A DNA stretch of 64,000 bases from positions 62,001-126,000 of IMG/VR virus record IMGVR_UViG_3300043399_000297. One strand, 5' to 3'. A program made the translations under genes and the position numbers. The notes beneath the pieces were generated by a model. The model saw nothing but the letters and a program-made list of their open reading frames with translations. It was not told the origin of the DNA and made no database searches. Position 1 is the stretch's first letter; each line of letters starts with the position of its first letter. Shown here one piece after another: positions 38,759 to 48,053 of this stretch.

Positions 38759-39055
38759 ATGTCCCCTGAGTTTTTTGAAAAATGGGAAAAGTTACTGGAA
38801 GGTGTTGATAAACAAAAGATACCTATTGAGTTTATTAAAAAGCTTGTTATAAGATTGCGCGGCAAACGCCAACAAACTATTAACATTGAAAAGTTAATCA
38901 AGCAAGGACTGGACCCCGACGAAATAGAAGAAGTGATATCCGGAAGACTAATAGAATTAGATGAATTAGTTTTGGGTATTGAATTTATTCTAAATGTAGA
39001 AACAATTGCTGACATTGTTCAGCCAGAAACAGATAGATTATTGAATAAGTTATGA
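38759..39055 (+). CDS. Hypothetical protein
   Basis: 98-aa ORF coupled to DHFR. Confidence 0.65.
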   Translation: MSPEFFEKWEKLLEGVDKQKIPIEFIKKLVIRLRGKRQQTINIEKLIKQGLDPDEIEEVISGRLIELDELVLGIEFILNVETIADIVQPETDRLLNKL

Positions 39056-39522
39056 AGTTAATTATTGCTTGTGACTCTGAAGGGGGAATAGGCTATCAGA
39101 ACAAGTTGCCCTGGACTAATATCCAGGGCGATTTGCCAAGATTTAAACGTCTTACAGAAAATAAAACTGTCATAATGGGACGCAATACTTGGGATAGCTT
39201 ACCAAAGAAACCATTGCCCGGTAGAATCAACGTTGTCATAACTTCTAGACCACTAGAACCGGAACACGACTACACCGACACATTAAGATTTTCGGAACTT
39301 AACAATTGGAATAGACCAGATGATGTAGATTTTTGGCTTATCGGCGGAGCAAAGCTAATCGAAGGATATTGGAAAGAGATTGACGAAATTCATCTAACTA
39401 AAGTATATGACCATTATACTTGCGATACCTTCATAGATTTGTTATATATAGAAAATAACTATAACAGGATTTTTAGTGAAGTGTTCCCTGACCATAGATA
39501 TGAAATTTGGAAAAGAAAATGA
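39052..39522 (+). CDS. folA: Dihydrofolate reductase
   Basis: GIG..NKLPW, DL.RFK, VIMGRNTWDSL, PLPGRINVV, IGGA, CDTF. Confidence 0.95.
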   Translation: MKLIIACDSEGGIGYQNKLPWTNIQGDLPRFKRLTENKTVIMGRNTWDSLPKKPLPGRINVVITSRPLEPEHDYTDTLRFSELNNWNRPDDVDFWLIGGAKLIEGYWKEIDEIHLTKVYDHYTCDTFIDLLYIENNYNRIFSEVFPDHRYEIWKRK

Positions 39523-40418
39523 GGCAATATCTAGAACTATTACAAGACATACTAAATAACGGTATAGAGAAAGAAGATAGAACAGGTGTAGGGACAATTA
39601 GTGTCTTCGGTCGACAACTTAGGTTCGACTTAGCAGAAGGCTTCCCGGCTGTTACAACTAAAAGACTTGCGTTCAAGTCGGTTGTAAGCGAACTATTGTG
39701 GTTTATAGAAGGGAGTAATGATGAGAGAAGACTTAGAGAAATTTTATACGGACGACCAGATTCAGAACGTAATACGATATGGACAGGAAATGCTGAGGCA
39801 GCTTATTGGCGAGACAAAGCATTATACCCCGGTGATTTGGGACGAGTATACGGAGTGCAGTGGAGACACTGGAACAAGTATATTGAGCGAAAAGACTTTG
39901 GACCAGCACACTTAGGAGGAAATAGAGTAGCGGCTGATAAGGTTGAAGTTGATCAATTAACCAACCTGATTGAAGGGATTAAGACTGATCCTAATGGTCG
40001 TAGACATATATTGACTGCTTGGAACGTGGCAGAGTTGGATCAAATGGCTTTGCCACCCTGCCATGTCCTTGCTCAATTCTATGTTAGTAAGGGCAAGCTA
40101 AGCTGCCATATGTATCAGCGTAGTGTTGATGTATTTCTTGGTTTGCCCTTTAATATTGCAAGCTATGCATTACTTACGCATTTAATTGCTAGAGAATGTG
40201 ACCTAGAAGCCGGTGAGCTTATCATTTCTACTGGTGATACGCATCTTTATACTAACCACTTAAAGCAAGTAGAACAACAATTATCCCGCAGCCCAACAAA
40301 GTTACCCAAGCTTTGGCTCAATCCTAATATCAAGAAAGTCACTGACTTTACAATGGAAACTATTGAGTTGGATGATTACTTTAGTCACGAACCAATTAAA
40401 GCGGAGATGGCAGTGTGA
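39519..40418 (+). CDS. thyA: Thymidylate synthase
   Basis: DRTGVGT, ELLWF, YGVQWR, MALPPCH, YQRSVDVFLGLPFNIASY, HLY. Confidence 0.97.
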   Translation: MRQYLELLQDILNNGIEKEDRTGVGTISVFGRQLRFDLAEGFPAVTTKRLAFKSVVSELLWFIEGSNDERRLREILYGRPDSERNTIWTGNAEAAYWRDKALYPGDLGRVYGVQWRHWNKYIERKDFGPAHLGGNRVAADKVEVDQLTNLIEGIKTDPNGRRHILTAWNVAELDQMALPPCHVLAQFYVSKGKLSCHMYQRSVDVFLGLPFNIASYALLTHLIARECDLEAGELIISTGDTHLYTNHLKQVEQQLSRSPTKLPKLWLNPNIKKVTDFTMETIELDDYFSHEPIKAEMAV

Positions 40419-41203
40419 CTAGAGAACAAATCATTAATAATATGTGTCTCACCTTTCGTCACGATTATGGACTTGAAATCAGCGAAGACGATAAGATGTA
40501 TACGCTTATGTCAGGTATGACAAAGAGAGAGCGTGAATCATTGTACCGTAATATGGCACAAATTTTTGACAATGACATTGCTCCATATATGACATTTATA
40601 GACAAACCTGATTATTTTTTTACTGGCGATTATTTTTCTGCTTGGAAATCTCAGTGGGACCAGTATAAGGAATATCTTGTCGGTACATTTAGTAAAGATT
40701 TAATTTGTGTAGAAGCAGGAACTTACGAGGCTATGTCAGCATTGTATATGCTTGACAATATGGTAGGTGAAACCGGGCATTTGTATACAGTTGATTGTTT
40801 TTTGTTAGAACACACTAAAAATATTTGCCACTATAATATTGATCTTAATCCTAAAAAGGAACAAGTCACCGTAATTGAAGGTTCATCTTTAACTGAACTT
40901 CCTAAATTATTAGACACTTTGGAAGAGAAAGTTCATTTCATTTATATTGATGCAGGTAAAACTGCTATGGATAATATATGCAACCTGGCTATTGCAGAAA
41001 GGTTATTGGCTGTTAACGGAATGCTCGTCATAGATGATTATAAGTGGGGCGAAGGGAAGCAGGTTGAGCCTGCTAAAACTCCTAAACCAGCTGTTGATTA
41101 TTTTATGGAAAACTCATTATTATGCGAAACGTTTCAGGTTGGATACCAAGTTGCTTTCGTGAAGCGTAACACCAACCGCTCATTGATACTTACCAACCAA
41201 TAA
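40415..41203 (+). CDS. Class I SAM methyltransferase (Methyltransf_24-like) with an extra N-terminal domain
   Basis: VEAGTYEAMS, TVD, GSS, FIYIDAG, GMLVIDDY. Confidence 0.7.
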   Translation: MTREQIINNMCLTFRHDYGLEISEDDKMYTLMSGMTKRERESLYRNMAQIFDNDIAPYMTFIDKPDYFFTGDYFSAWKSQWDQYKEYLVGTFSKDLICVEAGTYEAMSALYMLDNMVGETGHLYTVDCFLLEHTKNICHYNIDLNPKKEQVTVIEGSSLTELPKLLDTLEEKVHFIYIDAGKTAMDNICNLAIAERLLAVNGMLVIDDYKWGEGKQVEPAKTPKPAVDYFMENSLLCETFQVGYQVAFVKRNTNRSLILTNQ

Positions 41204-41204
41204 T

Positions 41205-42167
41205 ATGCGCATACTCGTAACCGGCGGTCTGGGTTTTATAGGACATAATGTTGTATCTCAGCTAGAAGAATTAAAGCACGAAGTTACAATAGTTGATAAC
41301 TTTACTGATTATGGAATCATTCCTAGTGAAGAATTGAATGCTCTAATGCTTGAGAGGCAGAAAGAGATTTATTCTGTAAACTATGTCTATGACATTGCAG
41401 AACCTGCATTAGAAGCTGCATTTATGGCAAATAGACCAGAGATTGTAATCCATCTTGCTAGCTTCCCTAGGCAGAAAGTAGTGAACAGTAATCCTGTATT
41501 AGCTGCCGACACGATGATGAAGGGCCTGCTAAACGTATGTGAACTAAGTTGTGAATATAAGGTTAAGAAGTTTGTCTATATCAGTAGCAGTATGGTCTAT
41601 GGTAATTATATAGAAGGTACAGATGAATATTCCTTCTGCAAACCGCAAGGACAATATGCTATTATGAAACTTGCAGGAGAACATCTTGTGAGAGATTATG
41701 GGCATAAGGGCTGTTTTGATTACACTATTCTCAGGCCTAGTGCAGTTTATGGTCCTCGTGATGTTGAGGATCGTGTTATCTCAAAGTTCTTTATGGCGGC
41801 GATGCGTGATGAAGACCTAGTAGTAAAAGGCAAAGATGAGAAGCTTGACTTCACATATGTAACAGACACCGCCTCAGGCATCGTGCAAGCGGCCCTCAGC
41901 GACAATACAGTATACAGAACATACAATATCACGCGAGGAAAAGCATTCACCTTGTTAGAAGCAGCAGAACTAGTGACTAAGATTGTTGGAAAGGGTCACA
42001 TCAAGATAACTTACCGAGATGAGGATTATCCGAGCAGGGGTGCGTTAAATATTAATGCTGCCAAACGAGATTTTAATTTTGATCCCAAGATAGACCTTGA
42101 AGAGGGTTTAAATAGATATTATGAATACTTACAAAATTCCCCACTTTGGTCTCAAAAGACAGTATAA
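41205..42167 (+). CDS. NAD-dependent nucleotide-sugar epimerase/dehydratase
   Basis: TGGLGFIG, HLAS, SSSMVYG, YAIMK, VYGP. Confidence 0.92.
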   Translation: MRILVTGGLGFIGHNVVSQLEELKHEVTIVDNFTDYGIIPSEELNALMLERQKEIYSVNYVYDIAEPALEAAFMANRPEIVIHLASFPRQKVVNSNPVLAADTMMKGLLNVCELSCEYKVKKFVYISSSMVYGNYIEGTDEYSFCKPQGQYAIMKLAGEHLVRDYGHKGCFDYTILRPSAVYGPRDVEDRVISKFFMAAMRDEDLVVKGKDEKLDFTYVTDTASGIVQAALSDNTVYRTYNITRGKAFTLLEAAELVTKIVGKGHIKITYRDEDYPSRGALNINAAKRDFNFDPKIDLEEGLNRYYEYLQNSPLWSQKTV

Positions 42168-43176
42168 AAATCTAAAAAGTGAATTACTAGAGGCAACCGA
42201 CTTAGCTATTAGGGACGGTATACTTGTTGATGGGCCATATAGTAAGAAATTCAATGAATGGTTGTGTAAAAAGACTGGGGCAACATATGCAGTATTAGTG
42301 CATTCCGGCACTCAGGCACTAGAACTGATAGCACTATATTGGTATATTATAGCAAAAAATTATGATATTGAAACACCTACAATCAATATCCCGAACTTAA
42401 CTTATGTAGCTACATTCAATGCCTTTCACAAGGTGGGATTCAATATCAATTTAGTTGATACAGACAAGAACGGCATATTTAAAATAGATACCTGTCCTCC
42501 CTCTGATTTTGATTGTTATGTGGGTTTATATGGCGCACATCCGCTTAAACATACCAAGAATGTTATAGTAGACGGTGCCCAACATTGGTTAGTAGCTGAA
42601 ACAATTGGTGAAGCAATGGCAATTAGTTTTGACCCTACTAAAAATCTTAATGCTACTGGTAACGGTGGAGCTATAGTAACTAACAACAAATATTTATTTG
42701 ACTTTGTAACCGAAACAAGAAACAATGGTAACCCTAATAATAATGTCTGGGGAACGAATTCAAAATTAAGTGAACTAGATTGTAGTCATCTATTAGTGAG
42801 AACAAAATATATTGACAGTTGGCAAAAAAGACGCAGAGAGATTAGAGACTTCTACATAGATCAGTTTAACGACTTACCAATCAGATGTTTGAGTAAGGGT
42901 ATTCAAACTCACAGTGATCAAAAGTTTGTAGTCTATAGTGATAACCGAAATGGGTTGAAAGCACATTTAGAAAAGAACTCAATTGAAACCAAAATTCATT
43001 ATGAACTTGCACTAAGTGAATTACCAATAGCTAAGATAAATGTATCAGTCAAGCCAGACTTGATGAGTAATAGTATCTTGTTATCTAGGGGAGTATTAAG
43101 CTTGCCTATATATCCAGAACTAACCGACAACGAAGTTGAATATATAGCAAGTAAAGTTAAGGATTTCCATAACTAG
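42121..43176 (+). CDS. DegT/DnrJ/EryC1/StrS aminotransferase
   Basis: SGTQALEL, DGAQ, SFDPTKNL, GNGGA, NSKLSE, LSLPIYP. Confidence 0.9.
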   Translation: MNTYKIPHFGLKRQYKNLKSELLEATDLAIRDGILVDGPYSKKFNEWLCKKTGATYAVLVHSGTQALELIALYWYIIAKNYDIETPTINIPNLTYVATFNAFHKVGFNINLVDTDKNGIFKIDTCPPSDFDCYVGLYGAHPLKHTKNVIVDGAQHWLVAETIGEAMAISFDPTKNLNATGNGGAIVTNNKYLFDFVTETRNNGNPNNNVWGTNSKLSELDCSHLLVRTKYIDSWQKRRREIRDFYIDQFNDLPIRCLSKGIQTHSDQKFVVYSDNRNGLKAHLEKNSIETKIHYELALSELPIAKINVSVKPDLMSNSILLSRGVLSLPIYPELTDNEVEYIASKVKDFHN

Positions 43177-43192
43177 TATAAATAATAGTGCT

Positions 43193-43654
43193 ATGTCACT
43201 ATATTGGATCTTAACTTTTGTTCCTGAATTAGTAATTCATTTAGTTTTGGTTATTGGCCTCATTGGGTTGTTTGTAGCAGCATTTGTTCAAGCAGTGCCC
43301 TTCATTAACCAATATAAGTTTCCTATTCAAATTATAGCATTGATATTATGCTTGACCGGTGTCTATTTTGAGGGTGCATTAGGATATAAAAATAGCGTTG
43401 CCATAGAAGTGGCCGAGCTGAAACAAAAATTGGCCGAAGCAGAAGCTAAGGGTGCAAAAGTCAACACTGAAATAGTTGAAAAGATAGTCAAAGATACTCA
43501 GGTAATACGCCAAAAGGGCCAGACTATCACTGAATATGTAGACCGCGAAGTAGTCAAGCACGATCAAGATTGCACTATCCCCAAAGAAGTCATCAACGCA
43601 CACAATGCAGCAGCTACGATGGATATTAGTAAACTAGATGGAGCAACTAAGTGA
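43193..43654 (+). CDS. Putative inner-membrane spanin (Rz-like)
   Basis: N-terminal TM segments, coiled coil and C-terminal Cys; overlaps a lipoprotein gene. Confidence 0.6.
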   Translation: MSLYWILTFVPELVIHLVLVIGLIGLFVAAFVQAVPFINQYKFPIQIIALILCLTGVYFEGALGYKNSVAIEVAELKQKLAEAEAKGAKVNTEIVEKIVKDTQVIRQKGQTITEYVDREVVKHDQDCTIPKEVINAHNAAATMDISKLDGATK

Positions 43655-43917
43655 AGAAACTTATCTTGTTACCAATGTTTATGTTAGTAGGCTGTGTTCA
43701 CGCAGAACCAGTCACTGTTAAATTCCCAGAAGCGCCTGCAACATTACAAGAAAAGTGCGCCAAGCTCAAAGAAGCTACTGAAGGTATGTCTCTCAGTGAA
43801 TTCACTAAGACTGTAGTTGAAAATTATATTTTATACCACGAATGCGAACGCAAAGTTGAAGGCTGGAACGAGTGGTATAATAAACAAAAAGAAATCTTTG
43901 AAAAGGCAACCAAATAA
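43651..43917 (+). CDS. Putative outer-membrane spanin lipoprotein (Rz1-like)
   Basis: Lipobox LVGC, Pro-containing segment, two further Cys. Confidence 0.6.
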   Translation: MKKLILLPMFMLVGCVHAEPVTVKFPEAPATLQEKCAKLKEATEGMSLSEFTKTVVENYILYHECERKVEGWNEWYNKQKEIFEKATK

Positions 43918-43965
43918 CATTCTAGTCTACGTTGTGATAAATACATTATAAGACGGAAGAATGTT

Positions 43966-44520
43966 ATGACTACTACTTTGTATTCTCAGGAAATTATTAA
44001 TGTAGGCGCCAATCCTAATGACGGACAGGGTGATCCATTACGCACTGCGTTTCAAAAGATCAACAACAACTTTAGTAATCTCTTCCAAACTTTCGTAAAC
44101 TCAACAGTATCATATTCATTTGGAGATGCCCCCGGTCAAGTTATTTTCGAGACAGATGCAGCTACTTTTACATTAGGTCAGTTTTTTATTAAATCAACGA
44201 ATGGAAATACTGCAAATAGTCAAAGTATTGAATTGTTTGCACAAATAAACAATAGTCACGATGACGTTAAATTCACTGGTTATGGCAGCACATTCTTTGG
44301 TGATCCATTAACACGTTATGATATGGATTATGATAGTATTAGTGGTAATGTAAGAATTCTAGTAAATCCACTTATCAATGACGATCTAACACATTATATT
44401 GCAAGTTCTATTATGTATTCAGGTCCAGATGTTCCTGGAATGTATATTGGATTTGATGGATATGACGATAGTGCAATGTCTACAGAAACTGAGATTCCAG
44501 TCACAACCGAGCAACCATAA
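43966..44520 (+). CDS. Virion tail/baseplate-associated protein
   Basis: INVGANPNDGQGDPLRTAFQKINNNF is a T4 gp9/gp10-like N-terminal motif; TAAATA at 43938. Confidence 0.65.
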   Translation: MTTTLYSQEIINVGANPNDGQGDPLRTAFQKINNNFSNLFQTFVNSTVSYSFGDAPGQVIFETDAATFTLGQFFIKSTNGNTANSQSIELFAQINNSHDDVKFTGYGSTFFGDPLTRYDMDYDSISGNVRILVNPLINDDLTHYIASSIMYSGPDVPGMYIGFDGYDDSAMSTETEIPVTTEQP

Positions 44521-44930
44521 TGAGAGCATATGAATTCATTACAGAATCAAATGATCCCAATGATAGGGAAAACGGATTGCAATTAGCAGCTAGACCTTTG
44601 CCAAATACATACATTATCAATGATTTAAAAAATCAAGATTTTTATGAAATCTATCGATTTGGTCTAGCTATTGCCGATGTTCGTGGGCAAGGTGGTCAAG
44701 ATGATGGGGTGCAAAATAAAAAGTATCAAGTGCCATTTGAAGCAGAGACTTCTTGGGGAGAACACGAAGTTGTAACTAGTTTTGACCCCAACATCGGTAA
44801 GGTAATAGACCAAGCACTAAAAAAAGTTAACAAGAGTGGCAAAAAGCTCGCTAGTACACCTACTAGCGAGGAGCAAGCAGATGTTGAGAAAACTTCTCCC
44901 ATCAAAGCTTTTAAAGGCTATAAAAGATGA
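44520..44930 (+). CDS. Putative internal head protein
   Basis: N-terminus MRAYEFITE resembles the T4 capsid-targeting sequence. Confidence 0.5.
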   Translation: MRAYEFITESNDPNDRENGLQLAARPLPNTYIINDLKNQDFYEIYRFGLAIADVRGQGGQDDGVQNKKYQVPFEAETSWGEHEVVTSFDPNIGKVIDQALKKVNKSGKKLASTPTSEEQADVEKTSPIKAFKGYKR

Positions 44931-45307
44931 GAGCAAGTGAATTCATCAATGAAAGCTATGATGCAGCCAAACCCACAAAAAGACAGCATTATGCATCAAA
45001 GGGTATGCACAAGTTTCGTGATCCTCAAGGATATGATCGCACATATGAAATGAACCGCATTGGTATGGCTCTTGCTTGCACTGACGGAGAAATTGAGCCT
45101 GATGTAGATCAAGAATCTTGGGCTGGAAGATTCAATACTTCCCACCCGTATACTGACATAGAGCAAAAGATGCTACAAAAGGCTTATAAGGCAATGGGAT
45201 CAGCATATCAAGATTTAAATCACGGTGATTTAAAAAGTGATGAATTAGACGGTACTAACAGTGTCAGCCCTGTAATAGCAAACAAAAGAAACTACAGAAA
45301 AAAATAA
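44927..45307 (+). CDS. Putative internal head protein, paralog of 44520
   Basis: MRASEFINE; shares YE..R.G.A.A and C-terminal SP motifs with 44520. Confidence 0.5.
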   Translation: MRASEFINESYDAAKPTKRQHYASKGMHKFRDPQGYDRTYEMNRIGMALACTDGEIEPDVDQESWAGRFNTSHPYTDIEQKMLQKAYKAMGSAYQDLNHGDLKSDELDGTNSVSPVIANKRNYRKK

Positions 45308-45337
45308 TGACATACTAATTACTGAATAAGTAATTTT

Positions 45338-46054
45338 ATGGACAACTTAATAGATATCAATCAAACCCTCGACCTAATCAAGCTAAAGTTTTATAATGAA
45401 TGGCTTTATACTGCCCACATTCACGATGAAGGCGAAAGTCAATTACATAAAGTTTTAAGTAAGCAAGCAATAGAAACTTATGTGGATCCCTTAAACTTAC
45501 CCAAAGACGCACATATTCTTGATCTTGGATGCGGACCTGGTTATTTCCTTGACGAAATGAAGGATAGGGGATATACCAATCTGATTGGAGTCACGTTAAG
45601 TCCAGGGGATATTAAAACTTGCGAAGACAAAGGTCACACTATTAAGAAGTATGATTTGAGCTTTTTACCACAGAAGGATGGATATTACGACGAGTCAGTA
45701 GACTTTATCTTTATTCGTCAAGCATTAGAACACAGCCCGTATCCCATTTTTAGTCTAATGGAATACAATCGTATTTTAAAACAAGGCTCTTATATTTACA
45801 TTGAAGTTCCTGCTCCCGACTGCGAGAGAGGTCACGAGTTCAATCCCAATCATTATAGTATTATGGGGTCCAATCAGTTGGGTGCATTACTAGTAAGAAC
45901 TGGATTTGATGTTATAGAATTCAATAATTTAGAGTTTGATGCACAAGGGCCGGATCCAAAAGCCGACGATCCGGCTACTGCCCCGCTAGTCTCATTTAAA
46001 GAAAAGTTCTATTGCATTTTAGCTAAAAAAGCAAGACCATTAGATATCAAGTAA
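45338..46054 (+). CDS. Class I SAM-dependent methyltransferase
   Basis: ILDLGCGPG, ALEHS, RILKQG..IEVP. Confidence 0.85.
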   Translation: MDNLIDINQTLDLIKLKFYNEWLYTAHIHDEGESQLHKVLSKQAIETYVDPLNLPKDAHILDLGCGPGYFLDEMKDRGYTNLIGVTLSPGDIKTCEDKGHTIKKYDLSFLPQKDGYYDESVDFIFIRQALEHSPYPIFSLMEYNRILKQGSYIYIEVPAPDCERGHEFNPNHYSIMGSNQLGALLVRTGFDVIEFNNLEFDAQGPDPKADDPATAPLVSFKEKFYCILAKKARPLDIK

Positions 46055-46060
46055 GAAATA

Positions 46061-46084
46061 GAAAAGACCCGTACGGGTCTTTTC
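46061..46084. terminator. Probable bidirectional terminator hairpin
   Basis: GAAAAGACCC-GTAC-GGGTCTTTTC. Confidence 0.65.
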
Positions 46085-46125
46085 TTGTATGAAGTATGAT
46101 AAATACTTTAAAGGATTAAAGATCA

Positions 46126-46413
46126 ATGGCTTCATACATTCAAACAGCTTCTGGAAATACTGCAAGTATAGGCCCAATTGCTACTGATAAAGTTCGTATA
46201 GCTGCTATTTCATCAATTGCTGTAGCAGTAGGAAATTCCAGTGTAGCCGCTAACACGACTGCTTGTGAAGTCATCCCGTCTGGAACAGTAGAACGTAGCT
46301 TTGTCGTGGGGCAGGGCAATTATTTAGCATATATTGGAATTGGAACAGGATCACATCAACCGTTTTCTGTAACTGAATTAGGTATGCCACACGAAGATAC
46401 AGGAACTGAATAA
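46126..46413 (+). CDS. Small virion structural protein (putative)
   Basis: TAAATA at 46100, RBS, Ala/Gly/Ser/Thr-rich beta-type sequence. Confidence 0.5.
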   Translation: MASYIQTASGNTASIGPIATDKVRIAAISSIAVAVGNSSVAANTTACEVIPSGTVERSFVVGQGNYLAYIGIGTGSHQPFSVTELGMPHEDTGTE

Positions 46414-48035
46414 TGTCTGAACCAAATCCAAGTAATGTAGCGCCGTGGTACTTACGTAATATCACACAAGCACTAGAGCTTGATTCTGTAACTGGACAGG
46501 TTCATGTTCGTTCAAGTATAGTAGGCGGCAACGTTACTATCGCAGGTAATATTATTGTCAGCGAAGTAGGTGTTAATGCTTTAGGCAACGTTGACATTTC
46601 CGGTAATACGTTACCTGTCAGCGGCAATATCAACATAGATGCAGGTAATGTTACTGTATTTCAAGGCACTGATCCTTGGATGGTTGAAGGTAATGTTAAC
46701 GCAAATGTTACTGGTAATATAAACATTGATAACAGTGTTGAAGTCACTCAAGGCACTGATCCTTGGATGGTTGAAGGTAATGTTGCTATTACTGGAACAG
46801 CCGAAGTAGCATTCGCCGCAGAAGCAACAGACGCATTCGGTAGACTTAGGGTAAGCAATCCATACACACTGTTTGATACACAAGCACGATATTATGATCA
46901 TAAACAATTTAGTAATAATATCAACGGTACCGCAGATGTTCAATATGATGCTGATTCAGGTTCATATGAACTTACTGTGGGTCAAAGTGTAGGAGACAGT
47001 GTATTAAGAGAAACAACTAAGACCTTCCCATATCAGCCGGGAAAGAGTTTGTTGATTCTTTCTTCATTCTCTATGAGTCAACCTAAAGTAAATCTTCGTC
47101 AAAGAATAGGATATTTCGGAGCACAGAACGGAATATTTTTTGAAGTTAATGGCACTACATTGAATATGGTTATCAGAAGTAGTAGCACAGGTACACTCGT
47201 AGAAGATAGAATTCCACAAAGTCAATGGAACGGTGATAGACTAACTGGACTAGGCGGCGCCAACAATCCAAGTGGAATTGAATTAGACCCCGCATTAGAC
47301 CAGATTTTTTGGATAGATGTCGAATGGTTGGGGGTTGGCAGTGTTAGAGTAGGTTTCATCATCGATGGGACGTATATTACTTGCCATACATTTAATCACG
47401 CAAACACAATAAGCACCCCAACTACTGACAACACTACTACATATATGACAACTGCTACATTGCCATTGCGTTGTGAACTTACTAATACTGGTGCAACTGC
47501 AAGTCCAAGTTTGATGAGACAGATTTGTGCTAGTGTTATTAGTGAAGGTGGATTCCAAATATCAGGCTCAGGTAATCCAAGAGCCGCCGCACATACACTT
47601 GCTGCTCCTGTAAGACTTAATAACGACCAAAGCTTTAAGCCAGTAATAGCAATAAGATTGAAAAGCACAACATTAGATGCTGTAGTTTGTCCCACAGCAT
47701 ATTCATTAATCCCTAAAGGTCAGAGTATATTCCAATATCGTATATACAAAAGGGCTATTACATCAGGTGGCTCGTGGGTAAGTTCGGCTGCTGATAGTTC
47801 AGTGGAATACAATCTATCTCCTACTACATTAGTAAGTGGAGACATTGCAGAACAAACATTCCTTAACTCTAGCAATCAATCTAGCAGTGCAGCTTCACAG
47901 CTTCCTTTTGAGTTTCAGTATCAACTTGAAAGAGAACCATTTACTAGTGTTGCGTATGAATATGTCATCACGATGGCAACTATCGGCACAAATGAAGACA
48001 TATATGCAAGCTTAGAATGGCAAGAGATAACCTAA
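46413..48035 (+). CDS. Virion structural/fibre protein (putative)
   Basis: GN-rich stalk with a QGTDPWMVEGNV repeat (37 bp identical at 46661-46697 and 46748-46784), DAFGRLRVS and a beta-rich body. Confidence 0.55.
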   Translation: MSEPNPSNVAPWYLRNITQALELDSVTGQVHVRSSIVGGNVTIAGNIIVSEVGVNALGNVDISGNTLPVSGNINIDAGNVTVFQGTDPWMVEGNVNANVTGNINIDNSVEVTQGTDPWMVEGNVAITGTAEVAFAAEATDAFGRLRVSNPYTLFDTQARYYDHKQFSNNINGTADVQYDADSGSYELTVGQSVGDSVLRETTKTFPYQPGKSLLILSSFSMSQPKVNLRQRIGYFGAQNGIFFEVNGTTLNMVIRSSSTGTLVEDRIPQSQWNGDRLTGLGGANNPSGIELDPALDQIFWIDVEWLGVGSVRVGFIIDGTYITCHTFNHANTISTPTTDNTTTYMTTATLPLRCELTNTGATASPSLMRQICASVISEGGFQISGSGNPRAAAHTLAAPVRLNNDQSFKPVIAIRLKSTTLDAVVCPTAYSLIPKGQSIFQYRIYKRAITSGGSWVSSAADSSVEYNLSPTTLVSGDIAEQTFLNSSNQSSSAASQLPFEFQYQLEREPFTSVAYEYVITMATIGTNEDIYASLEWQEIT

Positions 48036-48053
48036 TATTAACTAAATAGTTTT

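Noticed and set aside
39519-40418. ThyA as a dCMP hydroxymethylase feeding DNA carbamoylation or glycosylation
   Set aside because: It keeps the dUMP-specifying Asn (PFNIASY) and is paired with DHFR; DNA modification by genes outside the window is not excluded
46661-46784. 37-bp direct repeat as mobile-element ends
   Set aside because: In-frame QGTDPWMVEGNV structural repeat within a fibre-like protein
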